Shown here piece after piece: positions 59,080 to 64,000 of a DNA stretch of 64,000 bases (positions are counted from its first letter, which is position 1; every line of letters starts with the position of its first letter). The position numbers and the translations under genes are program-made. The stretch is from NCBI GenBank assembly GCA_047495785.1, contig JBLDXI010000042.1:4216001-4280000 (forward strand), given 5' to 3'. This stretch comes from Lepidodermella squamata. Its lineage: Eukaryota > Animalia > Gastrotricha. The notes beneath the pieces are model-generated. The model was not told the DNA's origin and made no database searches. It worked only from the letters and a program-made list of their open reading frames with translations.

Positions 59080-60358
59080 ATGTTAACTGAAAAGTTTTTC
59101 ATTGCAATAACTCTATCCTTAGCTGGTAACATTATTGCCGAGCAGCTCGAAGTGATGGACGTAATATCAGCTCGAGAGGCTGATATTGTGGGGACTCATT
59201 TGTCATTGAAAACCTTGAACGATGTTCCACATCTTGCAGAAGGTGAGTAATTAGAAAAAAGCCAATCTATTAGGGTGTATATTGTTTTGTCAGCTAATTC
59301 CTTGTTCCGTCAGCTAATTTCTGTTTTTGTCAGAAGTATCGTTTTCTGACAGCAATGACTCTTTTTGACAGCAGAACTACTATTTATCAGCTAATTTTAA
59401 ATAAAATTAAAATTATCTAAAATGTACTGCGAGCTACTGGGTAATATCGCGAAAAATACCAATTAGATGTCATTGACGTGATCGCCCTGCTTCGGCAATG
59501 TCCGGCCGCCAAGTCAGCCGATTTTTTCCTCAGTCCTACCGTAGTAATTACCGTAGTTTCATGTTTCATCTTTTGATATTAGTGCTCATTTTTCGCAAAA
59601 AAAGAAAGTAGCAAAAAGCGAAAATTTACCTTGATTGCCTGTAACTACTCGAACTACCTACTACCTATGTATGATATACTTTTGTGAAATCGAACCCGAA
59701 CTCACTGTCTACTACCCCCACACCTATCACTCTACAGAATAACAAAGAATTACCACGCTTCTATCGTCGCGTCAAACTCGAAACCCCCAGGATGGAAACT
59801 TGACAGTCTTGTTAACCGCCTTTTATTATACCGCGTATTGTGCGCGCGTAGTATTCGTTGAAACTGGCCGTGGATTCATTTCAACCCGAATATTGAAATT
59901 ATTGGGAAAATGTATAATTCGCATTTATATGATCTCGGCTAGCGATATAGGGTTTGAACGACAATTAGCACTAAACTAGCTGATAAATAGTAGTTCTGCT
60001 GTCAAAAAGAGTCATTGCTGTCAGAAAACGATACTTCTGACAAAAACAGGAATTAGCTGACAAAATGCAAAAATTAGCTGACGAAACTAGATTAACTCAT
60101 CTATTATCTCAACTGACTTCATCATATTTTTCAGCTAATAAAATTACCGGTCTTCGACAGAGTGCTCAAAGAATTTGGCAACAGTTAACGCATCAAACTC
60201 GCGGGCAGATAATGCGAATGGTGCGTATGAAGAAATGCATGAAGGTCATCGGCTCACAGGCAATATGTGACAACAGAGCATCATTTTATTTGTGGGCTCA
60301 ATTTTTAGCCAAAGATATCATGGCTGGCAAATTTGATGACGAAATTCGAATTGTCTGA
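59080..60358 (+). CDS. Secreted cluster protein K (recent paralog of J), 2 exons
   Basis: Exon 1 59080-59242; phase-1 intron 59243-60134 expanded by a MITE; exon 2 RMVRMKKCMKVIGSQAICDNRASFYLWAQFLAKDIMAGKFD; TATAAAA near 59015. Confidence 0.88.
59273..60098. mobile_element. Intronic TIR element (MITE), 826 bp
   Basis: About 110-bp inverted repeats (about 59286-59392 and 59978-60087); 8-bp direct repeat ATCTATTA at 59265-59272 and 60099-60106; related sequence at about 13300-13380. Confidence 0.85.
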
Positions 60359-60459
60359 TTATAATAAGCTTAATGCCTGTTTTATGTAACTGCAATGCTG
60401 TACGAATTAGACTATATTTCGCTCGAATAAAATTCGCTATATAATTTTAATGATTCATC

Positions 60460-62511
60460 CATAGATAAAGGTTAAGATGTGAAACTCTCGATCCTCTAAT
60501 GTTGTCAAAATCTCGCGGTGCAAAGGTCACCATCTGCTAAGTAAACAAAAACGTGCTTTTATTAAAGCAACGCGTGCCTAGACCAAAGCATTAAAAAAAA
60601 GGTCATTTTTTCTCTCATTTCTACGAAAACTGTCTCCTCCAAAATGAATGAAAATGATACGCCCGATAGTAATTTTTGCTGGCTTTCAAATGAGTCTAAG
60701 CTCGTCGCTCCCCAAAATAGGGACGCCGCTCTATCGTCAAACAAAAGCGGTCGCAAAATATTGAAATTTACATTTTTTGAAATTTGCTGGGACGGTAAAT
60801 TTCAAAATTATGAATACAAAAATTCCAAGAAAATATGCATAATTCACGTATCATTGAGATCTATCTCCCGATATAATTTTTAAGAAAATCCGACCCAGCT
60901 ATCAATGTCAGGAAATTGCGGTTATAAGTGGAGAAAGCAAGACGCTAGAAATAAGTATACTTACATTACATGTTTTATAATTGCGATTTGACCATGACGA
61001 TTTTCGCCTAATTCGCCGTCGTCACTACTCAGAATGCCATTCACCTCGTATTTCTACCAAATTTAATGGAAATTGGAGAAATAATTCATTCAAAGTAGTG
61101 GAATTATATGTGGAAATCTTCGATCGTCGAGATACGATGCGTGATCCACAAACCCGAAAATAAATTTTGTAGCAAATTAAGCGTGGCAAATGATCTTTGC
61201 CTGCTCAACTAGGCCTGATTTTCGAAATTAGAAGATCGCGTGATGCGGTTTGCCATTGTACATGGTCAATTTTATATACTGGAAAGTTGTACGTAAATAA
61301 AAAAAATTAATAAGCTGTGTTACGTCATTTTTTCAATATGTGTATCGCGGATAAAAGCTGTACACCGCACTGCCCGAAAAGTTACTCAGCCTCGTACAGC
61401 CATACATTTCGGGCAGTACCATATAAAAAACCCTATTAATACCTTTGCTATATAACTCACATTAAAAAAACGCCGTGTCAATATGAGTCGAAATCAGTTA
61501 ATTTTTCTAAACAATTGTTGCTTGGCACCTTTACCCGCGATTCCAACGAAACACGATCCACTTATTTAATTCAACATCGAAACTTGATTTAGTTTATTAT
61601 CGATTTAAACGCAGTTGGTATAAATGGTAATTCGAAGCAATGCTAAGTGTGCACACTACGCCCGCCTGCTCGTCGCATCCATACTATCGTTAGCGCTGTT
61701 GAAAAGGTCGGATTCAGCCTTGTTTGCGAGTCTATTTTCGAGTTAAACATGTCGATAACAGCCAGCAATTGAAAATTTTAACCTTAAAGCGGGCAATGTT
61801 TTACCGCCCAATAACATGAAACATCAACATTCCAAATGCGATTTTCTCAACGACGGCAGCGATATTGCATCACGGTAACGGCGGCGGCATTCTCTTAAAA
61901 TCTGAAATTGCACCAATGTTAGAGGTAAATTTAGTGCCGAAGAGTATAGCTTTATCCCAGCAAGTCAATCTTCTTCCAAGTTCAAATAGTAGCTTTTCTG
62001 ACGTCGAAAACAGATCCAGCAACCTTAAATCGTATTAACTCTACAATATTGCCTATTTTCAGAAATTGATAGCTCGGTCGGAATTTCTTAAAAATTATAT
62101 CGGGAGATAGATATCAATGATACGTTAATTATGCATATTTTTTTGAAATTTTTGTATTCATAATGTTGAAATCAACCGTCCCGAAAATTGTCGAGAACTG
62201 ATGAAATTGGAATTTTGTGGCCGCTTTTGTTTGACGATAGAGCGGCGTCCCTATTTTGGGGAGCGACGAGCTTAGACTCATTTGAAAGCCAGCAAAAATT
62301 ACTATCGGGCGTATCATTTTCATTCATTTTGGAGGAGACAGTTTTCGTAGAAATGAGAGAAAAAATGACCTTTTTTTTAATGCTTTTGTCTAGGCACGCG
62401 TTGCTTTAATAAAAGCACGTTTTTGTTTACTTAGCAGATGGTGACCTTTGCAGCGCGAGATTTTGACAACATTAGAGGATCGAGAGTTTCACATCTTAAC
62501 CTTTATCTATG
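60460..62511. mobile_element. Long-TIR non-autonomous DNA transposon (P-superfamily-like), 2052 bp
   Basis: About 440-bp TIRs starting CATAGATAAAGG (CANRG type); exact 8-bp TSD GATTCATC at 60452-60459 and 62512-62519; no transposase ORF inside. Confidence 0.88.
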
Positions 62512-64000
62512 GATTCATCTTTCGGCTTGCTGTTCCCTTTTCAAAGTACATCAAGAATTTAGAAAATCCGACTACATTCTTTTGATCGTTTTCTCCCCTC
62601 TTATCGTATGGAGTAGGACTTATTAAATTATACTAACGCCAAAATGGGCACTGCGGAGAGACATCGGAAAGTCTGTTTCTTATTTCTTATCATCATTTAG
62701 TCGGAAAAATGGGGAACTGAACTGGACGATTTGATTCAATTCTTTGCGGGATAGTATAAGGTTACGTTGTCAAACAATACTTATATTTTATATATGCTTA
62801 AGAAATGAAAATCCATCTAAATGATCGAGTGAAAAAGAGGAGGAATCCAATGCGCTTTTGGAGTTAACAGCGAATAGTACGTGTCATAAGTATTCAAAGC
62901 TAAAGTGAGCACTCGCTGAATTGTGGAGCAAAGCCACTGACAGTTTTAACCATGTAGCTAAGTGGTGGCAGATCGCAATTGTGAAGGGAAACAAGGGAAA
63001 AAGAAGGGAAGGACTTGGAAACACCAAAAGATTACCACCCCGTACGTCAGGCTTGTTGCCCTTGAAGCTGTCAGCCAGCACCGCTTTGGCCTGAACTGTA
63101 AACAAAATCTACGGCAAGATCCTGCTAGTATTTTACAGCCCGTGCTGAGGGCTCAGAAAATTTCGTTGACTTTTTTCATTGCCCTCGTCACTGACCTATT
63201 GAAACCCTCTCTTATAGCTCTGTTGCCTTATTCAAGTGCAATTTTGGGCTTCAAACATTTAAATCTAGATGTAATATTTTTATACTCGCGGTCTTGCGGA
63301 CTTCGAAACGGACTAAAGGAATCTGCTCTTTTGTTACTTTTGAATGGCATATTTTGCTGTTATGCCTGGTTAATCATACAGTCACATAGAGCCAAAAACA
63401 CATGAGAGCATAACTGCAGGAGCTAACTCCTTTGATGATAGACTTATCGCTACTCAAATTTGAATAAGTGAATCAGACCTCTTATGCTGGGGCCCGAGTG
63501 ATAACGGCTTTGATCGAAATTGATAGACCAGGTGACAAATACGCTAATAAGGTACACCTGTGGAGCCCCCTAAAATGTAATTAAATAAAAATCTAAACGT
63601 CAACTGCATACTCGATCAATGAGCGCTCTTCCGCTTGAAATGAAAAATTAGTTCAGTATTCAAGTTTTGACTCATTATCATCTATCATCTATAATTGATC
63701 CGATCCGAGATGCGATTAATCAGTTGAAGACTATTAATTGTAACGTAACTGTGTGGCCCTAATCTCTTGCCTGAAATCACTATTTATAAATTGCGATACG
63801 TACGTCTCAAGTTTGACAAGCTTTACATGACCAATTAAATTATAGCTTGGCAAAAAAATATGATCTATATCGCATAATTGGGACATCTTTAGTGAGCTAT
63901 TTACTGATAGTGATCGCGCATCCGCTAAACAGTTTCATTCACAAAAAACATTTGTCTGCGTTTTACGGTGGTTTTTAATATGATTCATATAATAAAAAGG

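Noticed and set aside
60562-62409. Near-identical ORFs on opposite strands (60562-60756, 62188-62409)
   Set aside because: Chance frames within the two TIRs of one element.
62962-63405. 147-aa ORF near the window end
   Set aside because: GTG start, no signal peptide, family motif or recognisable domain.
1-64000. Prokaryotic systems (CRISPR, operons, defence islands), rRNA or tRNA genes
   Set aside because: Spliceosomal introns and animal gene families throughout; no repeat-spacer array or recognisable structural RNA gene seen.

Overview
This is not a prokaryotic window. It is a gene-dense piece of a compact animal (invertebrate-type) genome with short (about 47-63 nt) spliceosomal introns, so the six-frame ORF track splits or misses many genes; all spliced gene models here were assembled by hand. 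Housekeeping-type genes: a Ttd14-like AAA_28+CYTH protein, a CYP3-clan P450 and an SLC5 transporter with a frameshift. Mobile elements: a near-complete MULE transposon, a CR1/L2-type LINE, a degenerate DDE-transposase-like pseudogene, and at least five non-autonomous TIR elements with readable target-site duplications. The most notable content is lineage-specific secreted and surface biology. (1) A cluster of 11 small secreted, largely basic, probably helical proteins at 35.7-60.4 kb; nine share a phase-1 intron and most share an R..C..C..FxxW motif. (2) Three divergent Cys-loop ion-channel genes plus one pseudogene; two carry large N-terminal extensions on Ser/Thr stalks (Sushi-like+EGF in one, two beta-sandwich-like repeats in the other). 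(3) A three-member secreted CxxxC/CxC family. (4) Two intronless, bacteria-like PQQ-type beta-propeller genes with signal peptide and GPI-like tail. (5) A hidden 46-aa secreted peptide gene. Family names and functions come from motif recognition, not database searches.
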